NCBI GenBank assembly: GCA_963674965.2
Contig: CAXXFL010000004.1
Coordinates: 64,001-128,000, forward strand
DNA from: a bacterium
GTDB lineage: Bacteria; RBG-13-61-14; DATKZS01
Direction: 5' to 3'
DNA: 64,000 nucleotides
Shown here one piece after another: positions 31,626 to 40,552 of this stretch; position 1 is the stretch's first letter; the number at the start of each line of letters is the position of its first letter. Both the position numbers and the translations under genes were made by a program. A model generated the notes under the pieces. It was not told where the DNA came from, did no database searches, and saw only the letters and a program-made list of their open reading frames with translations.

Positions 31626-32819
31626 TCATCCTGGCGTTATTCCTTTTTTCATCTGGTCTACTATATCCGCAGGGACGGTATCGTTAGCATTTCTGAACTC
31701 TATATCGGGTTTGCCTCCCACAATCTCTATTGCCCTTCTGATTACCCTGTCGTCCATCACATTGTTAAAATCATTGCGCACGAGCTTCTCGGCCCTGGCC
31801 GCGTGTTTTGGACCGCCCAGCATCATTACTACTCCCCGGTTGAAGGACGTTACCGACATCTGGCTGGTGTAGGGGTCCTTGAGTGAAGACTTCTCATTGC
31901 TTGGCGCGATCTTACGGTTTTCGAGCAGCCAGGCCAGGCTGGTCATGTCGTGAGCAAGCAATGAACGGGAGGCGATGACAAGACCGGTCTCCGGCTCGAC
32001 CACATAGCCCTTGTCAGGACCGAAGGTCGCCATGATCTTGTCCGCCGCCGTTACCACGAGTCTTTGCTTCTCCATAAGTGACGGGACTGTGTTCGCTTCC
32101 GCTGTCTTTTCCTGGAATGTGCTTGCGTCCCGGTGATACTCAAGCCTGGTGTCAGTCCTCCACCAGCCCACGGCCGCTTTCATTCCCAGCGAACTGCCGG
32201 CAAGCAGATGACGGCCGCAACGAGGCATGAGCACGATATGGTCAACCTCATTTACAATGTTGGGCATGGTGACGGGATTTTTCCAACCGCGTCCATGTGC
32301 GGGATCCTCTTCATGGAACGCGGACCAGCCATCTTCCTCGGGGAAGTACAGTTCAGCGCCGGCTTCTTGCGCTGCCGCCGCAATGCCGCTGCTTTCCATC
32401 AAGCTTCTCGAACTTCCTCGGAGTTTGTCCTCGCTGAGCTTGACGTGCTCAATACCGGACATGTCGGTAATGACTACCCGACCGGCGCCTTTGTCTCTGA
32501 GCAACTCCACCATGGCGGCCACGGCCATGGGAGAAGTCGTGGCCGGAAATTTATTGCCCGAGTTCAACACCGGCTTGATAAGAACGGAATCGCCCTTTAC
32601 GAGCCAGTCCAGATTGTCCGCCGCAAGCACCGCGTCCTTCACCGCCTGCTTCAGGTCCGCTCCCTTTTGCACCCCGCTAAGCCCTACGACCTCTTTCGCT
32701 CCCGCCCCGAACGAGGTACTTAGCGGAAGCAACGCGCCACAAGCAGTTCCCAAGGCCGTCAACTTGTTAAAATCGCGTCGGCTGAGGCGTCCGTTCCAGT
32801 GATTATTGTTCTTACTCAT
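31626..32819 (-). CDS. Tat-exported DUF362-family protein
   Basis: SRRDF signal; VLIKP.LN, T.P, MK..VG, FGP. Confidence 0.75.
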   Translation of the reverse strand: MSKNNNHWNGRLSRRDFNKLTALGTACGALLPLSTSFGAGAKEVVGLSGVQKGADLKQAVKDAVLAADNLDWLVKGDSVLIKPVLNSGNKFPATTSPMAVAAMVELLRDKGAGRVVITDMSGIEHVKLSEDKLRGSSRSLMESSGIAAAAQEAGAELYFPEEDGWSAFHEEDPAHGRGWKNPVTMPNIVNEVDHIVLMPRCGRHLLAGSSLGMKAAVGWWRTDTRLEYHRDASTFQEKTAEANTVPSLMEKQRLVVTAADKIMATFGPDKGYVVEPETGLVIASRSLLAHDMTSLAWLLENRKIAPSNEKSSLKDPYTSQMSVTSFNRGVVMMLGGPKHAARAEKLVRNDFNNVMDDRVIRRAIEIVGGKPDIEFRNANDTVPADIVDQMKKGITPG

Positions 32820-33366
32820 CTGCCGTCACTCCCTTTTCGTCGGGTGATTCCAGTTTTTTCTTGATCGCCTCGACCCACTCGCGATGTTCCCGGTCCAATC
32901 CTTCCTGTCCGTACATGGCTTTAAACGCATTGGTCCCGGGACCGCTTATTTTCTCATAGCTGGTTACGGTGGTGACACCGTATTTATGAGTTATGGTTCG
33001 GCCGAACAGGATCTTAATTCCGGCCGAGGAGGCGCTGAATTCATGTGTCCATACGCCGTCGCTTTCAGCAACGGGTTTGTCGCTTTTAGCCAGGGTCAGC
33101 TTGACCTTGGGCGCGTTTTTACCGCCGATGATAGGCATAAACTCCACTACGCTCCCTATCTTTTCGCCATCGCCTTTTTTTAGTTCGGCCTTTTTCACCG
33201 ACGGGTTCCATTCAGCCCAGTTGTCCGCGTCCACGAGCAGGGCCCAGACTTCCTCCGGCGAGGCGTTGACCTCAATCGATTGTGAACTGGCCAACTCCGC
33301 GCAAATTCCGGCGGCTGCCCATAAGAGCGTCACTATTGCGATTGTAACGGCCATTGATTTTTTCAT
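32812..33366 (-). CDS. Secreted SRPBCC/START-like lipid-binding protein
   Basis: Signal peptide; I.A..E.VW.LL.D...W.EWNP. Confidence 0.8.
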   Translation of the reverse strand: MKKSMAVTIAIVTLLWAAAGICAELASSQSIEVNASPEEVWALLVDADNWAEWNPSVKKAELKKGDGEKIGSVVEFMPIIGGKNAPKVKLTLAKSDKPVAESDGVWTHEFSASSAGIKILFGRTITHKYGVTTVTSYEKISGPGTNAFKAMYGQEGLDREHREWVEAIKKKLESPDEKGVTADE

Positions 33367-33399
33367 GACGATCTCCTTCCGCGGCCGGCTGAATATTTT

Positions 33400-34722
33400 T
33401 CAACCCGGTATCAGTCCTTTTTCTTTGGTCGCTTTCTTCAGCTTGCGTTGGTATGTAAAACCCTGCCAGATTGACTTGGGCTCGATGCCGAAGTAGCGCC
33501 TTGTATATATTGAAGCAAGGTGCTTCTGGTCCGCGGCCATTTGCGCTTTTGATACCCGTTGCGGATACTTTTTCTTGATCTCGCACGCTTCTTCATAGGT
33601 ATCGCAATGGACCATGCGTCCTTCTTCGCCGGGCACTACCAGCCCGCCTTCCTGGAGCATATGGAAACGGTCGGCCCTCTCGTCAAAGGTCGGGCCGCAC
33701 ACAAGGGAGCACTGACCACAGGTCAGGACGTTGGGGGATTTAAGTCCGGTGACTCCCATGTACTTGGCGGCCAAGTCGGACAATAGCTTGTCGCGTTCAA
33801 ATTCGTCCTCAGGCAGGTCCTTGTATTCAGGGATGCTTGTTTGCATATCCTCAGAAAAGATCTCACAGGAACTAGCGCGGATAATCTCGTAGCGCTTACC
33901 AGAGTCGCCGGCGACCATGGTGGCCTTACCGAAGTCTTTGCGGATTTTGCTCCTGTTGGTGGGGTCCATTTCGTTTCCGATCCAGTCCGTGATCCAGTGC
34001 TTACCCCAGGTTGTCCACTTCTTATCATAGGACAGCGAGTGCATACCGAAGCAGGTGGTCATGCACAGGTGGACGTTACGGCGCTTGCCGCGCGGGTGCA
34101 ACTCACCGTTGATAAGGATCTGTTCTTCCTCGTTCTCTAGAAACATCTGGGACGCGCAGGCGCGGGCGCACATCCGGCAGGTTTTACATTCACGATCCAT
34201 GAAATGTCTGGGATCGAGCATGGGGTCGCTCTCGAGCTTGGCGTCAGTGACCACCGAGCCCAGGTACACGGAAGCGCCATGCTCCTCGGTCATGACATTG
34301 CCTGAAAGCCCCATGGCGCCGAGTCCTGAGACAATTGCGGCATAGCGATGTGAAAATGACGGATCAATGAAGATGGGATTCAATGACCGGCGGTAACTGC
34401 AGTTGGACGGGACAAAGGCCGCTTTGTGTCCTTTCTCTTGAATGAATTTTGCGGTTTTACTGCCGATGTGGTTGATTCGCTGGTTGCCCTTCATCTGGTC
34501 GATGTTGTGCGGCGCGGGAGATTTCTTGCCCAGGAAGTCGTAGATGGCTCCGACGTCCATGGGAATGACGAAGGCCACCACCGATTGTGCTTTTTTCATG
34601 GTGTAGGTCGGGTCCATTGACGGCGGACCGTTGAGTCGCTCCGGTCCCGCCGTGCCCACGGCTGTAACGCCCATTCCGAGGCCCATGACAAAATCTTTGA
34701 TTTCTTGTTCTAAAGTTCCCAT
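33400..34722 (-). CDS. QueG/RdhA-like B12-FeS oxidoreductase (paralog 2)
   Basis: FSHRYAA..SGLG..G.SGN, YLGSVVT, CKTCRMC...C, TCGQC..VC. Confidence 0.8.
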   Translation of the reverse strand: MGTLEQEIKDFVMGLGMGVTAVGTAGPERLNGPPSMDPTYTMKKAQSVVAFVIPMDVGAIYDFLGKKSPAPHNIDQMKGNQRINHIGSKTAKFIQEKGHKAAFVPSNCSYRRSLNPIFIDPSFSHRYAAIVSGLGAMGLSGNVMTEEHGASVYLGSVVTDAKLESDPMLDPRHFMDRECKTCRMCARACASQMFLENEEEQILINGELHPRGKRRNVHLCMTTCFGMHSLSYDKKWTTWGKHWITDWIGNEMDPTNRSKIRKDFGKATMVAGDSGKRYEIIRASSCEIFSEDMQTSIPEYKDLPEDEFERDKLLSDLAAKYMGVTGLKSPNVLTCGQCSLVCGPTFDERADRFHMLQEGGLVVPGEEGRMVHCDTYEEACEIKKKYPQRVSKAQMAADQKHLASIYTRRYFGIEPKSIWQGFTYQRKLKKATKEKGLIPG

Positions 34723-34761
34723 TACCTTTCCTCCATTCAGTTCCAGATCTATTGGAAAAAA

Positions 34762-35424
34762 TTATTTCTCCAGGGCCTTCTCGCATTCCGCGAGCAGGGC
34801 CTCCGGAGGCATGCGCACCGTGTAGTCCGGGTTATAGTGCACGAAATCGATGACGCCATCCGTGCCGATGATGAAAACCGATGGCACCGGCAGTTGATGA
34901 TGTTTTTCACCGGAGAATTTTTCAGTGGCTTTGGCCGACATCTTGTTCCTCACGCCATTTTTACTTACAAAGGCAATGCCGAAGGCCCGGGAAACGGCCA
35001 TACTACTGTCGGATAAGAGGAGGTAACTCAATTTAAGTTTTTCCCGGGTTTTATGCGTCTGTTCGGGGCTGTCCGGGCTGATGGCTATAAGCTGATATCC
35101 CATTTCCTTGAGTTTCGGCTCGATTTCCTGCAGTTGACCCAACTGCTTCTTGCAATAGGGTCACCAGCGGCCCCGGTAGAAAATCAACACCGTCGGCTTT
35201 TTCGCGATCGCGGCATTCAGATCGAAGGGTTTTCCTTCCTCGGTTGTCGGGGCAACCTTGGGCGCCGCGTCGCCGACTTTGAGAGGTCTTACCTTTTCCG
35301 CGAAGTCCGGTACGCCTTCGTCCGCTTTAATGACGTTTAATGCCGGAAAGGCGGTCAATACAAGAAGTACAAACACTATCGCGACCAAGTTTTTATAAAG
35401 AGCCTTGAAGCAATCTACTTTCAT
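34762..35424 (-). CDS. Selenoprotein: AhpC/TSA peroxiredoxin-like with UxxC motif
   Basis: ORFs 35161-35424 and 34762-35142 are in frame across TGA 35161-35163: FYRGRW-U-PYC; hairpin downstream. Confidence 0.85.
35130..35146 (-). promoter_or_regulatory. Putative bacterial SECIS hairpin
   Basis: GCAGTTG-GGT-CAACTGC; loop starts 21 nt after the UGA and contains GGU. Confidence 0.7.
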
Positions 35425-35448
35425 TTTGTCCTCCTGTTCACTTTGCGA

Positions 35449-36474
35449 TCATGCCTTGATTTCCATCAAGTCGCTTCCGACCTTCATCGGGCCTTTGTAA
35501 ATATTTTTCATGCCTCTTACGAACATTGCTTCCATGGCATGATTCATGGGGCTCGGGACCATGTGGGTGAGCACCAGTTTTTTCACTCCGGCGTCGCGGG
35601 CGATCTCGGCTACTTCGTCGGTCATGGTGTGGTAGTCCAGGATGTCCATGGCCTGTTTGGCCCTCCTTTTGTCACTGTTTTGAGCGGCCATTTCCACCAT
35701 ATTTCTATTCATCGACTCATGAACCAGGATGTCGCAACCCTGGGACATTTCCGTCATCCGCGGCACCTTTTTGGTATCGCCCGACACCACCACCGACTTT
35801 CCCTTGTACTCGAATTTATAACCCACCGCGGGAGTCACCGGCAGATGATCGACCTCGAACATCGTTATTTTAAGGCCGTTGTCATCAAGAATGACTCCGG
35901 GCTGAGATTCCGTCACTTCAGTTTCATACCCCTTTTCGTTCACTGACCAGCCGTGATGGTCGATGCGATACTGCTTGTCCATGGAAAATGAATCCAAAAT
36001 GCCGTTGACCATCTTTTTCACCCCGGGAGGCCCGACAATCGGCATGGGAGTATCCGCGCCGGCAATGGCGAAGCGGTTCATCATCACTTCTCCAAAGTCC
36101 GAAATATGGTCCGAGTGGAAATGGGTGTACAGCAGCATATGGGGATTCATCAACCCCGCCTGGGCCATCCGGAGCCAGGCGCCTCTTCCGGTATCGACGC
36201 ATATTGCACGATCACCGGCAATAACCATTGTTGACGCGCATGCCCTGTCCGGATTGGGAAGAGGTGATCCTGTTCCTATTAAAACCACCGACAGTCCGCC
36301 CGAGGGGTCAAGCTCCCTGTCAGGCGGCAATCCTCCCATTGTCTGCATAACTTTCCGCATGACTTGTCCGGATGCCTCTCCGGGCGCGCCGAGCGCTCCG
36401 CCCAAAAGGCCCGCGCCAACTCCTATGCCCGCAAACTTGAATACGTCTCTGCGATCCCATCCTTTGTTCGACAT
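35449..36474 (-). CDS. Tat-exported MBL-fold hydrolase (RNase Z/AtsA-like)
   Basis: DRRDVF signal; GTGSP, THFHSDH, SGDT, HES, LTH.VP. Confidence 0.85.
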   Translation of the reverse strand: MSNKGWDRRDVFKFAGIGVGAGLLGGALGAPGEASGQVMRKVMQTMGGLPPDRELDPSGGLSVVLIGTGSPLPNPDRACASTMVIAGDRAICVDTGRGAWLRMAQAGLMNPHMLLYTHFHSDHISDFGEVMMNRFAIAGADTPMPIVGPPGVKKMVNGILDSFSMDKQYRIDHHGWSVNEKGYETEVTESQPGVILDDNGLKITMFEVDHLPVTPAVGYKFEYKGKSVVVSGDTKKVPRMTEMSQGCDILVHESMNRNMVEMAAQNSDKRRAKQAMDILDYHTMTDEVAEIARDAGVKKLVLTHMVPSPMNHAMEAMFVRGMKNIYKGPMKVGSDLMEIKA

Positions 36475-36496
36475 CGATTACTCCTCCCGAAAAAAA

Positions 36497-37516
36497 TTAT
36501 ACCGGAGCCTCTTGGGCACAGGGTGTGCCCGTCGCGCACAGGCCGCAACCGTAAATGTTTACGTTGTTGGCCAACTGGTTGTGGGGAACGTTGTTCATGA
36601 CGTTCCGGCTGCACTTGTCCTTGTTATGACCTTTTGCGGAGTTTGCTCCCACCGGGCAGCGCTTGGCGCATACCAGACAGCCGCCGGTCTGATGATGCAG
36701 GCAGTTGTGGCGGTGGTGAGGATGTCTTTCCCGGTCGGGTTCGAGGGGTACGCCGACAACCAGGCTGCCACAGCGGTGGGCGGATCCCATCTCGGAAATG
36801 AAGAAGTCGTTCATGCCGAAGCTCCCCAGTCCGGCGGCGAAGGCCATGTGCCGATGAGACCAAGGAGAGGCCCAGCCTACGTCCGGATACCGCCGCTTCC
36901 TGAAGTCCGGCATCAGGTCGGGAGCAACCGCAAGGATTCCCCTGTCGGCAAGCTCGGAAAGCATGGAAGCCACCAGTTGCTGACAAAACACCTCCCCGTA
37001 GAGACGACCGTGGGCCCAGCGCGCGGATGTCCATCGCTCCTGGTTAGAGTTGTCACTAACTATCTCGTCCACAAGGGGAAGCACAAAGGAAACCACCCCT
37101 ATCTGCTTGACCGGCGGTTTTTTCACTCCCTGCTCGGCGGCGGCCCAGGCCATGGCTTCATCGGGCGTGTGGTGGAAAGGGCCGATGATTTTTTTGTATT
37201 CGGCAAGCAAGGGATCGGCGCCGCTGACAAACCCCACCAGTGAGTCCCTGAAGATCGCTTCGCCCTCGAAATCTCCCGAGAGATTGTTTACCCGATCGTC
37301 CTTGACAAAGCCGGCCACGAACTCCTTGAACCACTTTTGGTCGATTCCACTACCGTCTCCCTTTTTGAGAGGCGGAAGCGGCTTGGCCCCCGTGCCGATT
37401 GCGTCGCCTATCATGGACTGCCAGCCCACCGGATCGAAGGCTGCGCAGCCGGACAGGGCTGCGGCCCCCGCGCCGACGGCGGTGGCGGTAATAAATTTTC
37501 TCCGATCACATCCCAT
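36497..37516 (-). CDS. QueG/RdhA-like B12-FeS protein with Tat-lipoprotein signal (paralog 3)
   Basis: DRRKF...LSGC; WSHRH.AFAAGLG.FG, C..C.KRCP, CGLC...PC. Confidence 0.78.
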   Translation of the reverse strand: MGCDRRKFITATAVGAGAAALSGCAAFDPVGWQSMIGDAIGTGAKPLPPLKKGDGSGIDQKWFKEFVAGFVKDDRVNNLSGDFEGEAIFRDSLVGFVSGADPLLAEYKKIIGPFHHTPDEAMAWAAAEQGVKKPPVKQIGVVSFVLPLVDEIVSDNSNQERWTSARWAHGRLYGEVFCQQLVASMLSELADRGILAVAPDLMPDFRKRRYPDVGWASPWSHRHMAFAAGLGSFGMNDFFISEMGSAHRCGSLVVGVPLEPDRERHPHHRHNCLHHQTGGCLVCAKRCPVGANSAKGHNKDKCSRNVMNNVPHNQLANNVNIYGCGLCATGTPCAQEAPV

Positions 37517-37570
37517 GCTGGCACCCTCTATGGACCCTTACCCTAACGGTTTGCAAGTTGGCCGAAAACA

Positions 37571-38119
37571 TCACGCCCCCCGAAGGACCTTCATCGTGGG
37601 CCGCTTCTTACTTGGCAACTTATCGTCGGCGAGCAACAACTCGGCGGCTTTCATTGCCGCGTTTGCCGTAACGCCCGAACAGTGTTCCATCATTTTGTGC
37701 TCGGCCGCGGCCTTGAGGTCGGCCGGGTCGAGCAGGTTAAAGGTCCTGCCTATTAATTTTTTCTGGATATCGTGACAGCGGCAACTTCCGTAGCGTTCGA
37801 TAAAGTCCTTGTGCAGGGCCGCGCACATGAGGTATGACTTCATCGGTTTCATCATGTCCTTGTGGTCTTTTCTTTCCCTGCCCGTCATGAGCCCGATGAA
37901 CATGGCCCCTCCGGTGAGAGCGCCGCATGATCCGTCGCCGGTAAGTCCGATCCCGTCGGCCAGTCCGCTGGCGGCGCGGAAGACGTCGTCGTTTTTCACT
38001 TCGAAGGCATCGAGCAGGGCGGCCACCACCGACTGGGCGCAGCCGGTGCATTCCTTTTCATACTTGGCGGCCAATTCGGATGCTTTCTTCATGATTTCCT
38101 CGGGGTTTTTGTTACTCAT
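37571..38119 (-). CDS. C_GCAxxG_C_C family putative redox protein
   Basis: CAQ, GSCGALTGG, GS.RC..I, C. Confidence 0.88.
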   Translation of the reverse strand: MSNKNPEEIMKKASELAAKYEKECTGCAQSVVAALLDAFEVKNDDVFRAASGLADGIGLTGDGSCGALTGGAMFIGLMTGRERKDHKDMMKPMKSYLMCAALHKDFIERYGSCRCHDIQKKLIGRTFNLLDPADLKAAAEHKMMEHCSGVTANAAMKAAELLLADDKLPSKKRPTMKVLRGA

Positions 38120-38178
38120 TCTTTTTTCCTTTCCCCGCGATTTTCCTTTTTGATGTCCGTCTGGAAAAACGGGGCCGC

Positions 38179-38997
38179 TCACTTGATTTTATCGATCTCT
38201 TCCCTCAAGAACTTGAATCCCGGCGTGATGCTTTCGTCGATGCCCGTAGCCATGAGCGGCCGGGCCGGGAACCCGATATTCATCATGCCTCCCGACTTGA
38301 AGAGGTTATCGAGGGTGTAGAAAATGAGCTCGGCCGGCATTCCGATGCCCATTTCAAAGGGAGAGCTTCCCGAGAATGACCGGTCGCCGGCGCCGGGCAG
38401 CACTATCTGGGGCACGCCGGTGACAAAGGGGACCAGTCCGCCCTTCAGGCAGGTTTCTCCATAACCCTCGAAGGACGACGCGGGCACGTGCAGATATTCC
38501 CAGGTGAGGGCATGAATGATATGGGTGAGCTGCACGCCGTCGCCATGGAGCAGCACCGTATCCGGAATATCATGGGCCTTCTCGAGAGGAGAACAGACAA
38601 AGCCGATGTAGCCGAACATTTTCGAGATGTCTTTTTGCGCCAGTATCTTGGCCTGGGCCTCGAAACGCCGCCGCTCCGACTCGATATCCTTGTGCCATCC
38701 CTGCCTGACCTGGCTTTCTATAAAGGACTCAATGGGAACCTTGACCCATTGATGGCCCGCGGTCGATGGCGTGCAGAAATTGTCGTCCGCCGTCATGGCC
38801 ACCGTGACGCCCGAGCGCTTCGAGAGCGTGATGGCCTGGCACAAGGCCATCTTCTGGCCATAGGCCGACGGCTGCATGGCGCCCTTCGGTATCTCCGCCT
38901 TGTCCTTAATATATTTAATCGCCACCGGGTAGGTGGGCAGATGGAGTTTATGGAAAATGTCTTCTCCCGCTTTTTGATAGTCCTTTAAATCTGGCAT
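38179..38997 (-). CDS. DUF169-family protein
   Basis: PVAIK, CQ, C, PL....PD, C...., G.GDR. Confidence 0.8.
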   Translation of the reverse strand: MPDLKDYQKAGEDIFHKLHLPTYPVAIKYIKDKAEIPKGAMQPSAYGQKMALCQAITLSKRSGVTVAMTADDNFCTPSTAGHQWVKVPIESFIESQVRQGWHKDIESERRRFEAQAKILAQKDISKMFGYIGFVCSPLEKAHDIPDTVLLHGDGVQLTHIIHALTWEYLHVPASSFEGYGETCLKGGLVPFVTGVPQIVLPGAGDRSFSGSSPFEMGIGMPAELIFYTLDNLFKSGGMMNIGFPARPLMATGIDESITPGFKFLREEIDKIK

Positions 38998-39032
38998 GGA
39001 AGTCTCCTTTTTCGTTCTTTTAGACAACCGGC

Positions 39033-40367
39033 TCACGCCGTGTCACGGTGTCCAGAAACCTTTTCCGCCACCGCCTTTTTCAGTTTGCGATCATAAATCG
39101 CGCCGCCGATTATGGACTTCGGCTCGATGCCTCCATAGTATGCGTGCCACATCACGGTCGAGATGGCAACGTCCTTAATCGTGTCGGACAGAGGTATTTT
39201 CCGGGAGTATTTCTCGCGCATTTTGACGGCCTCTTCGTAGCTCTCGACCACGGTGACCTCGTTGTTCGGGCCGGGCGCCACAAAGCCGCCTTCCTGGAGC
39301 ATGGAATAACGGTTGGCGCATTCCTCAATAGTCGGACCGCACACCAGGGCGCACTGGCCGCAGGTAAGTATCCGCTCGTTCTTTATAAGGTCCCGGCCAA
39401 CCACTTTCATATTTTCATTGTAAGAGTGCAAAAGCTCGAAGCGCTCGGTTTCGCTCTTGGCGGCGTCAGCTTTTGCCAGGTGGTCCTCCACCACCTGTTC
39501 GGACTGAAGTATCGCCGCGTTTTGCCTGATCGCCGAATAGCGGGGCGTCGAGTCTCCGGCCAGGACCCCCTCGACAAGCACCCGGACGCGAGTTTTCAGC
39601 CAGTCTTTCGGGCCGGGCGTATTATCCACCCAGTCCTCGATCCACCTGGTTCCCCAGGTCGTCCATTTCTTGTCGCGGGACAGAGAATGCAGCCCGAAGC
39701 AAGACGCGTTGCAAAGCCAGATGTCGCGCCTTTTTCCGCGTGGATGCAGTTCGCCGTTGAGTAGGATGTATTCCTCTTCTTTGGGCTCGAACATCCCGGC
39801 CACGCAGGTCTTCTCGCACATGCGGCACTTGTAGCAATATTCGTCGATGAAGTGTCGGGGGCTGAATCTTGGTTTGTCGCTTTGCAAGACCGCGTCGGTA
39901 ACCACCGTGCCCAGATACACGGACGCGCCGAATTCCTCGGTCATGACATTGCCCGACCATCCCTGCCCGGCGATCCCCGAGGCAATGGCCCCAAACCGGT
40001 GGGAAAAACTCGGATGGGTCGCGAAGGCGTCCGGGCTCCGGCGATAGTAGTTGTTTGAGGGGACCGGCTCGGCTCGGTGACCGAGCGACCGGATGTATTC
40101 GGCGATCCGGGCGGCAATGTGGAACAACTTCTGATTCATTCTGGTCTGGTCGCTGAGGTGTGGGTGATACGCCTGTTTTCCCAGAAACTGATATATCGCC
40201 TTGGTGTCCATGGGCATAACCAGCGACACGATCGACTTCGCGCCCTTCATGGTGTAGGTGGGGTCGAGCGACGGCGGGCCGTCAAGTCTTTCCGGGCCGG
40301 CCACCCCAACCACGGCCACTCCTTGTTCCTTTGCGAAGTCCTTGATTTTTTGTTCGATACCACTCAT
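39033..40367 (-). CDS. QueG/RdhA-like B12-FeS oxidoreductase (paralog 4, close to paralog 2)
   Basis: GGAGG RBS before ATG 40367; FSHRF.A.ASG, CYKCRMC...C, TCGQC.LVC. Confidence 0.8.
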   Translation of the reverse strand: MSGIEQKIKDFAKEQGVAVVGVAGPERLDGPPSLDPTYTMKGAKSIVSLVMPMDTKAIYQFLGKQAYHPHLSDQTRMNQKLFHIAARIAEYIRSLGHRAEPVPSNNYYRRSPDAFATHPSFSHRFGAIASGIAGQGWSGNVMTEEFGASVYLGTVVTDAVLQSDKPRFSPRHFIDEYCYKCRMCEKTCVAGMFEPKEEEYILLNGELHPRGKRRDIWLCNASCFGLHSLSRDKKWTTWGTRWIEDWVDNTPGPKDWLKTRVRVLVEGVLAGDSTPRYSAIRQNAAILQSEQVVEDHLAKADAAKSETERFELLHSYNENMKVVGRDLIKNERILTCGQCALVCGPTIEECANRYSMLQEGGFVAPGPNNEVTVVESYEEAVKMREKYSRKIPLSDTIKDVAISTVMWHAYYGGIEPKSIIGGAIYDRKLKKAVAEKVSGHRDTA

Positions 40368-40390
40368 AAATTTACCTCCTCGGAAACGTC

Positions 40391-40459
40391 TTTGCCAATT
40401 GTCAAAGGAGGCTAGCACGTCCTTTGACGTTTGTCAAACCACATTTGACATTAGTCAAA
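40391..40459. promoter_or_regulatory. Three palindromic operators TTTGAC-N4-GTCAAA between divergent operons
   Basis: 40391-40406 (1 mismatch), 40423-40438, 40444-40459. Confidence 0.8.
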
Positions 40460-40552
40460 GTCGAGGGTAATATATGATCAATCGGGAGCGATGAATGGCT
40501 CAAATAAAACATATACGAAGAGCAAAAACCAGGATGATCGAGGTAAAACTCT

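Noticed and set aside
39484-39493. TCCTCCACCA 10-mer matching the att core
   Set aside because: Lies inside an intact CDS and is shorter than the other copies; probably chance
26853-40367. Assigning queG or rdhA gene symbols
   Set aside because: Only fold-level motifs are recognisable; four paralogs and the context argue against orthology
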